A stretch of DNA of 64,000 nucleotides from Pseudomonadota bacterium (GTDB taxonomy: Bacteria; Pseudomonadota; Alphaproteobacteria; SHVP01), in assembly GCA_027622715.1 (NCBI GenBank), contig JAQBYN010000017.1:577-64576 (forward strand), written 5' to 3'. Numbering within the stretch: the first letter of the stretch is position 1; every line of letters begins with the position of its first letter. A program made the position numbers and the translations under genes. Below the pieces are notes generated by a model. The model was given only the letters and a program-made list of their open reading frames with translations. It made no database searches and had not been told where the DNA came from. Below, piece after piece: positions 18,202 through 27,392 of this stretch.

Positions 18202-19548
18202 ATGGCTGAACAACGCGACATCGCCGCTGGTCGGCTTGACCAAGCGGCCTACCTGGCCGGATTTAGCATCGACGCCAAGGTGCCGCTCGACCAAGGGCGC
18301 GCGCTGATCGAGGCCAGCCGCTGTTACTTCTGTTATGACGCGCCGTGCGTTGAAGCCTGCCCCACCGGGATCGACATCCCGTCTTTCATCCGCAAGATAT
18401 CAACGCGCAATACGCGGGGCGCCGCGCTCGACATTCTCGAACCCAACATATTTGGCGGCGCCTGCGCGCGGGTCTGTCCAGTCGAGGAATTGTGCGAAGA
18501 AGCCTGCGTACGCGACGCGCAAGAAACCAAGCCGGTTTCCATCGGGCTTCTACAGCGATTTGCCACGGACCGTTTCTTTGAAACCGGGGAGCAACCCTTC
18601 GCGCGTGCGCCGGCCACGGGCAAGAAGATTGCTGTTGTCGGCGCCGGCCCGGCGGGCCTGGCGGGTGCCCACCGACTGGCGCGTCTTGGCCATGCCGTGA
18701 CGGTCTACGACGCCCGCGAGAAGGCCGGTGGGCTGAACGAGTATGGGATCGCTGCGTACAAGGTGGTCGACGGTTTTGCCCAGAAAGAAGTCGACTTCAT
18801 TCTTGGCGTTGGTGGTATCACCGTGGAAACCGGCAAAGCGCTCGGCAAAGATTTGACGCTTGACGCGTTGCGGCGGGATTTTGACGCTGTGTTCTTGGCG
18901 GTCGGCCAAGCCGGGGTCCGCGCTGTTGGTGTCTCTGGTGAAGATATCATCGGAGTCGAGCCGGCAGTGGATTTCATTGCCCGGCTGCGCCAGGCCGCCG
19001 ATCTCGCGGCCCTCCCCGTGGGACGCAGGGTGGTGGTGATCGGCGGCGGCAACACCGCCATCGATGCGGCAATCCAAAGTCGACGCCTCGGAGCCGGAGA
19101 TGTGACGATGGTGTACCGCCGCGGTCCCGACGACATGGGCGCCACAGATCACGAACAGGAATTCGCCAAGACCGACGGGGTGAAGATCAAATACTGGGCC
19201 AAGCCCGTACGGTTCATGGGCACGGACGGTGCGCTGACCGGAGTCGAATTCGAGTCTACGCGAATAACCGGCGGCAAGATTGAAGGCACCGGCGACACGT
19301 TTGTGGTGCCCGCCGACATGGTACTGACCGCCGTGGGCCAGATGCTCGTCGACGATCCAATAACCAAGAATGCCAAGGAGCCGCTGAGCGTTGTCGGCGG
19401 GCGCATCGTTACCGACGGGCATGGTCGGACCTCACTCAAAGGTGTCTACGCGGGCGGCGATTGCGTTGAAGGCAAAGACCTCACAGTGCAAGCTGTCGAG
19501 GACGGGAAGAACGCGGCGCTCGCCATCGACGGCGATCTGCGCGGTTGA
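18202..19548 (+). CDS. preT: NAD-dependent dihydropyrimidine dehydrogenase subunit PreT (glutamate synthase small-subunit-like).
   Basis: It has an N-terminal Fe-S cysteine cluster (CYFCYDAPCVEACPTGIDIP) and two dinucleotide-binding GxGxxG motifs. Confidence 0.85.
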   Translation: MAEQRDIAAGRLDQAAYLAGFSIDAKVPLDQGRALIEASRCYFCYDAPCVEACPTGIDIPSFIRKISTRNTRGAALDILEPNIFGGACARVCPVEELCEEACVRDAQETKPVSIGLLQRFATDRFFETGEQPFARAPATGKKIAVVGAGPAGLAGAHRLARLGHAVTVYDAREKAGGLNEYGIAAYKVVDGFAQKEVDFILGVGGITVETGKALGKDLTLDALRRDFDAVFLAVGQAGVRAVGVSGEDIIGVEPAVDFIARLRQAADLAALPVGRRVVVIGGGNTAIDAAIQSRRLGAGDVTMVYRRGPDDMGATDHEQEFAKTDGVKIKYWAKPVRFMGTDGALTGVEFESTRITGGKIEGTGDTFVVPADMVLTAVGQMLVDDPITKNAKEPLSVVGGRIVTDGHGRTSLKGVYAGGDCVEGKDLTVQAVEDGKNAALAIDGDLRG

Positions 19549-19566
19549 GCGACGAAGGGAAATATC

Positions 19567-20832
19567 ATGGCTGATTTGCGCAACAACTTCGCTGGGATCA
19601 GATCTCCCAACCCGTTCTGGTTGGCGTCCGGACCGCCGACCGACAAAGCCTATAACGTCGAACGCGCATTCGAGGCTGGTTGGGGCGGCGTCATCTGGAA
19701 AACGGTGGGCGAGCCAGTGGTCAATGTCTCGTCCCGCTACGGCGCCAACGCCTACAACGGCACCCGCGTCGCCGGCTTTACCAACATCGAGCTCATCAGC
19801 GACCGCTCCGTCGAAATCAACCTGCGGGAAATCAAAGAAGTGAAGAAACGGTGGCCCGACCGCGCCGTTGTCGTCTCGCTGATGGTGCCGTGCGAAGAAC
19901 CGATTTGGGAAAGCATTTTGCACCAAGTAAACGAGACCGGTTGTGACGGTGTCGAGCTGAACTTCGGCTGCCCGCACGGCATGTCGGAACGCGGCATGGG
20001 CGCGGCCGTCGGCCAAGTGCCGGAATACGTCGCCATGGTGACGCGTTGGGCCAAGCAGCATTCGCGGGTGCCTGTCATCGTCAAGCTGACCCCTAATGTG
20101 AACGATGTCTTGTTTCCTGCCCAAGCCGCCGTCGACGGTAACGCCGACGCTGTGTCGTTGATCAATACGGTGGCTTCGGTCATCGGGGTCGACCTCGACA
20201 CCATGTCGCCGCTGCCGGAAGTCAACGGCAAAGGCAGCCACGGCGGCTATTGCGGCCCGGCGGTCAAACCGATTGCGCTGCGCATGATCGGCGACATTGC
20301 CCGCGAGTTCGGCCCCGATCTGCGGATCTCCGGCATTGGCGGCATTTCAACGTGGCACGACGCCGCCGAGCATATCGCGATGGGCGCCGCCAACGTTCAA
20401 GTGTGCACGGCGGCGATGCACCAGGGCTTTAAAATCGTCGAGGACATGATCGACGGCCTATCGAACTGGATGGACTCCAAGGGCTACCGCACACTCGACG
20501 ATTTCCGCGGCCACGCCATTCCCAACTATGTCCGGTGGGAAAACCTTGACATGAACTACGAGATCGTTGCCCGCATCGATCAGGATGCCTGCATCAAATG
20601 CGGCCTATGCCACATCGCCTGCGAGGACACCGCACACCAGGCCATCACCGCGCGCACCAACGGCACCCGGCGTTACGAGGTGATCGACAAAGAATGCGTC
20701 GGTTGCAACCTGTGCATGCTGGTTTGCCCGGTCGAGAACTGCATCACGATGGAGCGCGTCGACAACGGCAAGCCCTACACCCAGTGGTCCGAAGACCCGC
20801 GCAACCCGGCGAATAGGGTTGCCGCAGAATAG
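19567..20832 (+). CDS. preA: Dihydropyrimidine dehydrogenase subunit PreA. It has a DHOD-like TIM barrel and a C-terminal 2x[4Fe-4S] ferredoxin.
   Basis: 421 aa. The ferredoxin motifs are CIKCGLCHIAC and CVGCNLCMLVCP. Confidence 0.9.
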   Translation: MADLRNNFAGIRSPNPFWLASGPPTDKAYNVERAFEAGWGGVIWKTVGEPVVNVSSRYGANAYNGTRVAGFTNIELISDRSVEINLREIKEVKKRWPDRAVVVSLMVPCEEPIWESILHQVNETGCDGVELNFGCPHGMSERGMGAAVGQVPEYVAMVTRWAKQHSRVPVIVKLTPNVNDVLFPAQAAVDGNADAVSLINTVASVIGVDLDTMSPLPEVNGKGSHGGYCGPAVKPIALRMIGDIAREFGPDLRISGIGGISTWHDAAEHIAMGAANVQVCTAAMHQGFKIVEDMIDGLSNWMDSKGYRTLDDFRGHAIPNYVRWENLDMNYEIVARIDQDACIKCGLCHIACEDTAHQAITARTNGTRRYEVIDKECVGCNLCMLVCPVENCITMERVDNGKPYTQWSEDPRNPANRVAAE

Positions 20833-20839
20833 ATAGCGC

Positions 20840-21034
20840 TTAAGCCGCGCGGCGTACTTCTTGGCCGTTGTGGGTGTCGAGACCAAGCTCGAGAATGGCC
20901 AGGATCATCGCCGGTAAACGGACGCCCTCGCGGAAGGCCGTGGCCTCGAGCCGGGCCACCGTCGATTCGGGCAGCTGAACGCTCAGGTGGACGCGGTCGT
21001 CAAAATTTTTGGGTGGGCGCATTGTCTCCATCAT
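20840..21034 (-). CDS. Small ribbon-helix-helix (CopG/Arc-like) protein.
   Basis: Residues VHLSVQLPESTVARLEATAFREGVRLPAMILAILELGL fit a beta-alpha-alpha RHH fold. A better SD precedes the internal MRPPKNF start. Confidence 0.4.
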   Translation of the reverse strand: MMETMRPPKNFDDRVHLSVQLPESTVARLEATAFREGVRLPAMILAILELGLDTHNGQEVRRAA

Positions 21035-21171
21035 CCGTTAGCGCGGCGTCCCCTGTCGGGGCGTCGGCCGCTCATGTTTCCGGTCACATGTTATGGAGCA
21101 GGAACATGACGGTTGCGTTACAGCGCGCACGACTTTTGCGCCGATAAGTAGGAAACGTCGGCGTCGCCGAA

Positions 21172-22497
21172 CTACTCGGCCGCGAGGCGCCGTGGCTCGC
21201 CCAGTGCGACAATACTCGGTATCTCGAAATAGAACGTTGTGTCGCCGCCTGGCGTCGACTCGAAGCCAATGCGCCCCTCATGCCGCTCGACAATGAGCTT
21301 ACAAATATGGAGTCCGAGCCCGGTGCCGCCGAATTTACGGGCGGTCGACCCATCCGCCTGGGTGAACTTTCCAAAAATGTGCGGCTTGAACGCTTCGGGA
21401 ACGCCGGGACCGCGGTCGGTCACCGAAAACCGTACCGCCTCGTCGCGCTGAGCGACGCGCAAGATCACGTCCCCGCCGCGCGGCGAAAACTTTACGGCGT
21501 TGGCGATGAGGTTACCGAGTACTTGAAGCAGCTGGTCACGGTCCCCGGTCGCGGTGATATCAAGATCGGCGTCTGCCAGCGACAGACTGACACCTTCGCT
21601 ATGGGCAAGGCCGGTTGCCTGATCCACCGAAAGCCGCACAAGCGACGTCGCGTTGATCGCCTCTGGGCGAAGCGAAATACGCCCGGCTTCGATGCGCTCG
21701 ATATCCAAGATGTCGTTGATCAATCGGATCAACCGATCACTGTTGTCCGAGGCAATGGCCACGATCTCTCGTGCCCGATCCGATATGTGTCCGACCATGC
21801 CGGAATCAAGCAACCCCAAAGCGCCCTTGATCGATGTCAGCGGCGTACGCAATTCGTGGCTGACGGTAGAGACAAACTCATTCTTCATGCGGTCGATCTG
21901 ACGACGCTCGCTAACATCAAGAACGGTCAATTGCACGGCGTCTTCGCCGTCCCATTTCACGGGTTGAACGTAGCTCTCGACCCAGATTTCGGTCCCATCT
22001 TTGCGCAGCGCAGAGTGAGTGGCGTCACGCGCCCGGCCCGTTTGACGGATTTCCCGAGACCGCTCGAGTGCAGCCGACCGGCTCGCCTGCGGTAGCAATG
22101 GCAGCATCGATCCAAATGCCAGAGCGTCCGCCACGGAGTCAAAACCGAATATTTCGGCGAATGCCCGATTACAATAGAGCGCGTTGAAATTTCGCTGAAT
22201 GCAAAGTCCTTGGACCGACCCCTCGGCAAGGTCCCTAAACTTTGCCTCGTTCTCGATCGCCCGCGCCTCCGCGCGCCGCGCTCGGTCGAGCGCGACGAAT
22301 ACAACGTACGAAACCGGCAACGCGACGACGAACGGGACAATAAAGAGGAACGCGCCATAGGCCGGACGCGCCGAATACCCGGGCAGATTGAAGACCCAAA
22401 ATACGAGTGAGGCGATGATATTGGTGGCAAGCGTTATTGCCGCGCTGTTCAGTAGCGCACTCGGCCAGACACCGAGGCGTTCAGCCGCACGGAACAC
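21172..22497 (-). CDS. Membrane sensor histidine kinase with a PAS-like domain. No cognate response regulator lies in the window.
   Basis: The H-box is HELRTPLTSIKG, the G-box is GGTGLGLHICK, and the N-terminus has TM segments. Confidence 0.85.
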   Translation of the reverse strand: MFRAAERLGVWPSALLNSAAITLATNIIASLVFWVFNLPGYSARPAYGAFLFIVPFVVALPVSYVVFVALDRARRAEARAIENEAKFRDLAEGSVQGLCIQRNFNALYCNRAFAEIFGFDSVADALAFGSMLPLLPQASRSAALERSREIRQTGRARDATHSALRKDGTEIWVESYVQPVKWDGEDAVQLTVLDVSERRQIDRMKNEFVSTVSHELRTPLTSIKGALGLLDSGMVGHISDRAREIVAIASDNSDRLIRLINDILDIERIEAGRISLRPEAINATSLVRLSVDQATGLAHSEGVSLSLADADLDITATGDRDQLLQVLGNLIANAVKFSPRGGDVILRVAQRDEAVRFSVTDRGPGVPEAFKPHIFGKFTQADGSTARKFGGTGLGLHICKLIVERHEGRIGFESTPGGDTTFYFEIPSIVALGEPRRLAAE

Positions 22498-22609
22498 CCA
22501 TTCCGTGATCCCGCGGCGTCCACTATCTACTGAAGTCGACAGTTCATCCCCCTACCCCTCGGTCAACGCCCGCGGCAGGATACCGTCATATAAGCGCCGG
22601 GAGGTAAAG

Positions 22610-22642
22610 GGCGGCCCCCCTCAGGGCCAGCGGGGGGCCGCC
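22610..22642. other. Very stable GC hairpin with an 11-bp perfect stem: GGCGGCCCCCC-N11-GGGGGGCCGCC.
   Basis: I read it directly. It lies between the dehydrogenase gene end and the HK start. Confidence 0.5.
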
Positions 22643-22750
22643 TTACAAAACTGTACCAAGCTCGTCCTACTCAATAGCCGCACTATCCCACGCGCCCACC
22701 CCGCCGACTGTGATGGGCGTCACGGGAGAGGCGTTATTGGAGGATAAAGC

Positions 22751-22768
22751 CCCAGCAGATCTGCTGGG
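22751..22768 (-). terminator. Loop-less 18-bp palindrome CCCAGCAGATCTGCTGGG, 30 nt downstream of the dehydrogenase stop.
   Basis: On the minus strand it is followed by GCTTTATCC. It is a candidate intrinsic terminator. Confidence 0.4.
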
Positions 22769-22797
22769 TTCGCGCATCCGGTTATAGGTTCCACGGG

Positions 22798-23784
22798 TTA
22801 TGGGCGGTCCGCGTGCGTGACCCTTCTTTCGGCCTCGCCGGTGGCTAAAAAGCGGCAAACGTTGGCCACTGCGTGGCGCGCCGCATTCAGGAAATACCGT
22901 TGGGTTATGCCCGAGTTGTGCGGCGAGCCAAGGACGTTCGGCAGATCCATGAACGGGAAGTTGGCCGAGAACTTCCCTTCCGCGAACGGCTCGCCCCACC
23001 AGGTATCGAGACACGCCGAAAACCGCGGCGTCGTTTTTAGGTGAGCGAAGAGCGCTGCCTCGTCGATCACCGCGCCACGGGCCACATTGACCAGCGTCGC
23101 ATCGTTTTTCATCAGCGCCAATGCAGCTGCATCGATCATGCCCTTGGTTTGGGCGTTAAGGCCCAGCGACAAGACAACCACGTCAGCGCGCGGCAGGATC
23201 TCGCCAAGCGCCGACAGCGTCCCGACGAAATCAACCGCCTCGTCGGTGCGCCCACTACGATTGATGGCCTCAATGCGCACGTCAAAGCCGCGCAACAAAC
23301 GCGCAGTTGCCTTTCCGATTCCGCCAAAACCGATAATTGCGCAGGTGTCGCCCCGGAGTTCGCGGGTCCGTTCCGCTTGCATCATCCACTCGCCGCGCCC
23401 CAAGGCGAGATGGCGCCGCACAAGATCTTTCTTGACCGCCAGGATCATCCCCACCACATGCTCGGCCATCTGCGGTGCAAACGCGCCGCCGTTATGCGCG
23501 ATCATCGCGTCGCCCGGCAGCTGATCGAACGGGAGCTGATCGACCCCGGCAATCATGGTCTGAACCATTTTGCCGGCAAATAGCACAGGATCTATTTTCG
23601 CCAAGTCCGCCTTGGTTCCGCTAACGATGATGACGCGCGCCGCCTTCATCGCATTGCGGCGCGCGGTTTCGTCTGACGCGCCGACGAAAACCAAATCCGC
23701 CTGCCCTGCCAGCGCATCGACGAATACCTGTTTGACCCCCTCGTCCGTTGGCTCGAAGGCAACAACAACAACCGGTAGCGACAT
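22798..23784 (-). CDS. D-isomer-specific 2-hydroxyacid dehydrogenase (NAD-binding).
   Basis: 328 aa. The Rossmann motif is GFGGIGKA, and catalytic R/E/H context is present. Confidence 0.85.
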   Translation of the reverse strand: MSLPVVVVAFEPTDEGVKQVFVDALAGQADLVFVGASDETARRNAMKAARVIIVSGTKADLAKIDPVLFAGKMVQTMIAGVDQLPFDQLPGDAMIAHNGGAFAPQMAEHVVGMILAVKKDLVRRHLALGRGEWMMQAERTRELRGDTCAIIGFGGIGKATARLLRGFDVRIEAINRSGRTDEAVDFVGTLSALGEILPRADVVVLSLGLNAQTKGMIDAAALALMKNDATLVNVARGAVIDEAALFAHLKTTPRFSACLDTWWGEPFAEGKFSANFPFMDLPNVLGSPHNSGITQRYFLNAARHAVANVCRFLATGEAERRVTHADRP

Positions 23785-23843
23785 GATGGAATCCTTTGAG
23801 GACCAAGACGTGATGCGGGAGGAATTGAATAGAACTTGGCGCC

Positions 23844-24499
23844 TTAAGCTGGCGCCGGGTTCAACGTCGGTGTCGCTGAAAAGTTGATGGCAATTGAAAT
23901 ACGAATGTCGTTGCCAAGGTAGGGACTAACGCCGTGGCTGAGAAACGACGGGAAGATCACCATCATACCCGCCCTTGGCGCGATGGCCTCGGAGGCGCCA
24001 ACTGAAAGCCCGCCGGGAAAACTGAAGGCAAGCAGGGGTGCATGCATCGCGGGTCCCACGCCGCGCGGATCGGCGAATTCGAGCTGGCCACCCAGCGCGG
24101 GGTCCGCGCCAACGCCGCCATCGGCAACGTAATACACCGCGGACCAAAAGCAGCCGGCATGGGTGTGATACTCGTTGCCTTGATTTTGCCGGTTCACATT
24201 CGCCCAAGCGTTGATGTGCCAGTCGACTTTGACCGGCTTGCCCTGCCGAGCCGGTCGACCAAGGCCCGGCCATGTACCAAAAGAGTCTGGGCGGCAGCGC
24301 CGCCCCAGCTCAAAAAGTCGGTGTCCGACTGCCAGCCACCCAAATTGCTGTGTTGCGTGGACGGATGGGCCTTTTCGCGGTCGAGAATTGCTTTTTCGAG
24401 TGCCAAGTTGAGCGAAGCGCAGTCGGGCAAAACCGTTGCCAAGACTGGTGTCTGGAACAGCCCGTTGACCTGAACTTCTTGCTTTGGTGGCGTTGTCAT
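23844..24499 (-). pseudogene. Frameshifted gene for a conserved ~218-aa putative 2OG-Fe(II) oxygenase-family protein (PF13759/TIGR02466-like).
   Basis: The N-terminal part is track ORF 24194..24499 (..LFQTPVL..WGGAAAQ..). The C-terminal part is track ORF 23844..24197 (..NEYHTHAGCFWSAVYYV..). Hand-translating the -1 frame upstream of 24197 gives GKPVKVDWHINAWANV, which joins seamlessly. The two frames meet at the G-run CTTGCCCTGCC (24237-24247). Confidence 0.55.
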
Positions 24500-24558
24500 C
24501 GCGCGAGTTTATTCGGGAACGAAGTCGCGCAATAGGCAGGCAGGGCGATTTTCGCGAT

Positions 24559-25800
24559 TTAGAGCGATGGTTCTTGCGGCGTGGCGCGTGGGTCCATTTC
24601 GCCTGAAATCGGCATCGGACGTAACATCGTGACGAAACCTTCGCGGTTCGCTTCGTGGACCGGCCCGCGCTGGCTCATTCGATAGAGTGCAAACCCGGCG
24701 AGCGCCAAGTGTGCGCCCGCCGTCCACAAGAAAAGCGACCGCGGCCCGATCGCAGACATCAGTGTTGCCGCCAGGACCGGACCACCCACGGCGCCCGCAC
24801 CGTAATAAAGCAGCAGGCCGCTGCTTGCGGCGACGAAATCCTTGCTCTCGATATGATCGTTGGTGTGCGCAACGCAGAGCGAGTAGACCGACAAGACGAA
24901 CATGCCGGTCAAGCCGCCGAGCACCATGACAACCCAAATACCGGCGCCGGGCCAAAACGCCAGCAGCAATCCGCCAAACGCACCGACCAGACAGGCCAGG
25001 ACAATGGCCTTGCGCCGGTCCCAACGGTCTGAGAGGCGGCCCAACGGCCACTGACCCAGCGCCCCACCCAGCACAAATACACTGACAAAGATGGCCGCGA
25101 GCGCGGTCGATCCAAGTTGCAGCGCGCCGAAGACGGCTCCGAGCGACCAAAAGGAACCGTTGGCCACGCCCACCAGGAAGCAACCGCCCACACCCAGCGG
25201 CGAAACGCGATATAGCGCGATCAGCCCGAGAGGTTCGGTTGGCTCAATGATCGGCGCGGTCGCACGCGACAGGGCCACCGGCACAAGCGAAAGACAAACG
25301 GCGAGGCAGGTGACGAGAAATGGCGTGACCGCACCAACATCCATCACGACCATCAAAAGTTGGCCTGCCATCAAAGCGACGAAGTTCACAACCATGTAGA
25401 TCCCGAACAAACCGCCACGGGTCTCGTTGGCCGCTTGGTGGTTAAGCCAACTTTCGATGACGACATAAAGACCGGCGACCGCGAACCCGGTAACGGCCCG
25501 GACGACGATCCAAACCACAAGGTCAACCGCCAGCGCGTGCGCGATCACCGTCGCCGCGGCGATTGCCGCGAATGACGCGAAGAGCCGTATATGGCCGACG
25601 CGGGCAACGAGGCGCGGTGTCTGCAAACACCCAGCGATGAAACCCGCGAAGTAGCTGCCGCCCATCACCGCGATGCCAAGCGTCGAAAAACCCTCGGCGA
25701 CACCGCGCAGTGGCAGCAAAACGCCGAGAACGCCTGTGCCCAGGACGAGACCGGTCACGCCGAGCAGGAGGGCGGAAACAGGCAGAATGTTTATTGGCAT
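24559..25800 (-). CDS. MFS transporter.
   Basis: 413 aa, 12-TM-like. Confidence 0.8.
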   Translation of the reverse strand: MPINILPVSALLLGVTGLVLGTGVLGVLLPLRGVAEGFSTLGIAVMGGSYFAGFIAGCLQTPRLVARVGHIRLFASFAAIAAATVIAHALAVDLVVWIVVRAVTGFAVAGLYVVIESWLNHQAANETRGGLFGIYMVVNFVALMAGQLLMVVMDVGAVTPFLVTCLAVCLSLVPVALSRATAPIIEPTEPLGLIALYRVSPLGVGGCFLVGVANGSFWSLGAVFGALQLGSTALAAIFVSVFVLGGALGQWPLGRLSDRWDRRKAIVLACLVGAFGGLLLAFWPGAGIWVVMVLGGLTGMFVLSVYSLCVAHTNDHIESKDFVAASSGLLLYYGAGAVGGPVLAATLMSAIGPRSLFLWTAGAHLALAGFALYRMSQRGPVHEANREGFVTMLRPMPISGEMDPRATPQEPSL

Positions 25801-25898
25801 TCAAAAACGACGCTTGACTGGACCAGGCGAAACGCCGTCCGACCCCGTGGTTCTAGCAGGAATCCAACACCTGTGCCCGGTTTGGTACCGGACCGGCC

Positions 25899-26888
25899 TT
25901 AAAGCAGCTTGGCGTCGTCGACATGGCGGCGCACGCTTTCGGCGAACCAGTCGAATCCGGGGAAATGGAACGCGACGTGGCCGATCGCATTCACCGCGCG
26001 CGAGAATCCGCACAGATATTGAAACTCTTTGCCCACTAGGAACAGCGGAATGTGGCTGCGCTCCAGATCGGATAGTGGACGCACCGTCTCGTAGCCCTCA
26101 AGAAAAACATCCCACAACGCCATGGGCAGATCGTTTTTCTCGATCGACCATCGGTAGCTCATCAATTCTTGGGCAAAGAAATCGACGCCACACGCGTCGA
26201 AATCCATGATCGTGACGTCGTCGTTGGGTCGAATGAAGGCGTTGTGAATGTGAAAGTCGCCGTGAATCGTGCCCGACGGCACGTTGTCGGCGCTTCTTAC
26301 TGCACGGTAGGCCGCGGTGACCGCATCGGCGACCTCGCGGTAATAGGCCAAGTCCACCGGGCGGTGCGCGATGAGTTTCTCCAGATACGGAAACGCCTTG
26401 GCTATGCCGACTTCACGGTCGATCAACGGACCCGATTTGGTCTGCGCCCATGCTTCGGACAGTTTGTGGATCTGACCGAAGATGACGCCCATCTTGCGCG
26501 ATACGCTGGCGGTTGGGTCGGCCGAGAATGCTTTGCCTTCAACAAATGCAAACAGGGCGACCGGGCGCTCGCCTTCCGGACCGGCAACGATCAGGTGCCC
26601 CGACCCGTCCACGCCGCGTTGCGGCACCGGCAGCGGCACACCGCCCGCATCAAGATGCAGCATGAAGTCCATCTGATAGTCGACCTTTTCGACCAATGTC
26701 GTACCGGGACGACAAACCTGCGCGACATATTTCTTGCCCGCTGCCCGCACCAAATAAAAATCGTTCATCCCGCGATGCAGCAGTTCGCACAAGAACGGCG
26801 TGCCCAGCCCGTAGTGCGCGTTGATAGCACCGCCTAACGCCGTGGCATCAAGAATGGTGTGGGCCGCCGGAATGATGTGTTGGTTCAT
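25899..26888 (-). CDS. Phosphotransferase, APH/choline-kinase fold. Paralog 2 of 3.
   Basis: It carries RGMNDFY, HGDFHIHN and DFD motifs. Confidence 0.8.
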   Translation of the reverse strand: MNQHIIPAAHTILDATALGGAINAHYGLGTPFLCELLHRGMNDFYLVRAAGKKYVAQVCRPGTTLVEKVDYQMDFMLHLDAGGVPLPVPQRGVDGSGHLIVAGPEGERPVALFAFVEGKAFSADPTASVSRKMGVIFGQIHKLSEAWAQTKSGPLIDREVGIAKAFPYLEKLIAHRPVDLAYYREVADAVTAAYRAVRSADNVPSGTIHGDFHIHNAFIRPNDDVTIMDFDACGVDFFAQELMSYRWSIEKNDLPMALWDVFLEGYETVRPLSDLERSHIPLFLVGKEFQYLCGFSRAVNAIGHVAFHFPGFDWFAESVRRHVDDAKLL

Positions 26889-27012
26889 GGTGCCTCCCCG
26901 AATCGCCGCATCCTACCCGTCGGGGGGCGCGAACGCATAGCGCTAGCAACGTGCCAGCAGAAATAGGCGGGCCGCCAGGATACACTTGTCACAACTAAGA
27001 AGGAGAATCGCC

Positions 27013-27390
27013 ATGACCGATACGCCGGGACGTTTTCTTAATCTTCAGACCTGTATTTACCGGGTGAACGACCTGGCCAAAGCCAAGGCCTGGTACACCG
27101 ACGTTCTGGGCGCGCCGCCCTATTTCGACGAGCCATTTTACGTGGGCTTCAGCGTCGCGGGTTTTGAGCTGGGGTTGATGCCCGGCGAAACTCAGAGCGC
27201 CGAGCACCCCGGCGTCTCGTGCTATTGGGGTGTTGCCGACGCGACGGCCGAGCACACCCGGCTTCTCTCCCTGGGTGGGACGGCACTCGAAGAACCGCAT
27301 GACGTCGGCGAAGGCATTGTGGTCGCAGCGGTGCGCGATCCGTTCGGCAATCCGTTCGGCGTGATCTGCAACCCGCACTTCACCAAGTAG
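27013..27390 (+). CDS. VOC (glyoxalase/bleomycin-resistance/dioxygenase) family protein.
   Basis: ATG at 27013 follows an AAGGAGAA SD. The track ORF starts 9 codons earlier. Confidence 0.75.
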   Translation: MTDTPGRFLNLQTCIYRVNDLAKAKAWYTDVLGAPPYFDEPFYVGFSVAGFELGLMPGETQSAEHPGVSCYWGVADATAEHTRLLSLGGTALEEPHDVGEGIVVAAVRDPFGNPFGVICNPHFTK

Positions 27391-27392
27391 GC

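Noticed and set aside
22498-22797. Possible tRNA or small RNA gene in the 300-bp ORF-free stretch.
   Set aside because: I found no cloverleaf-compatible acceptor/T-arm pairing or GTTCRA T-loop. Only two hairpins are present, and they are reported as structures.
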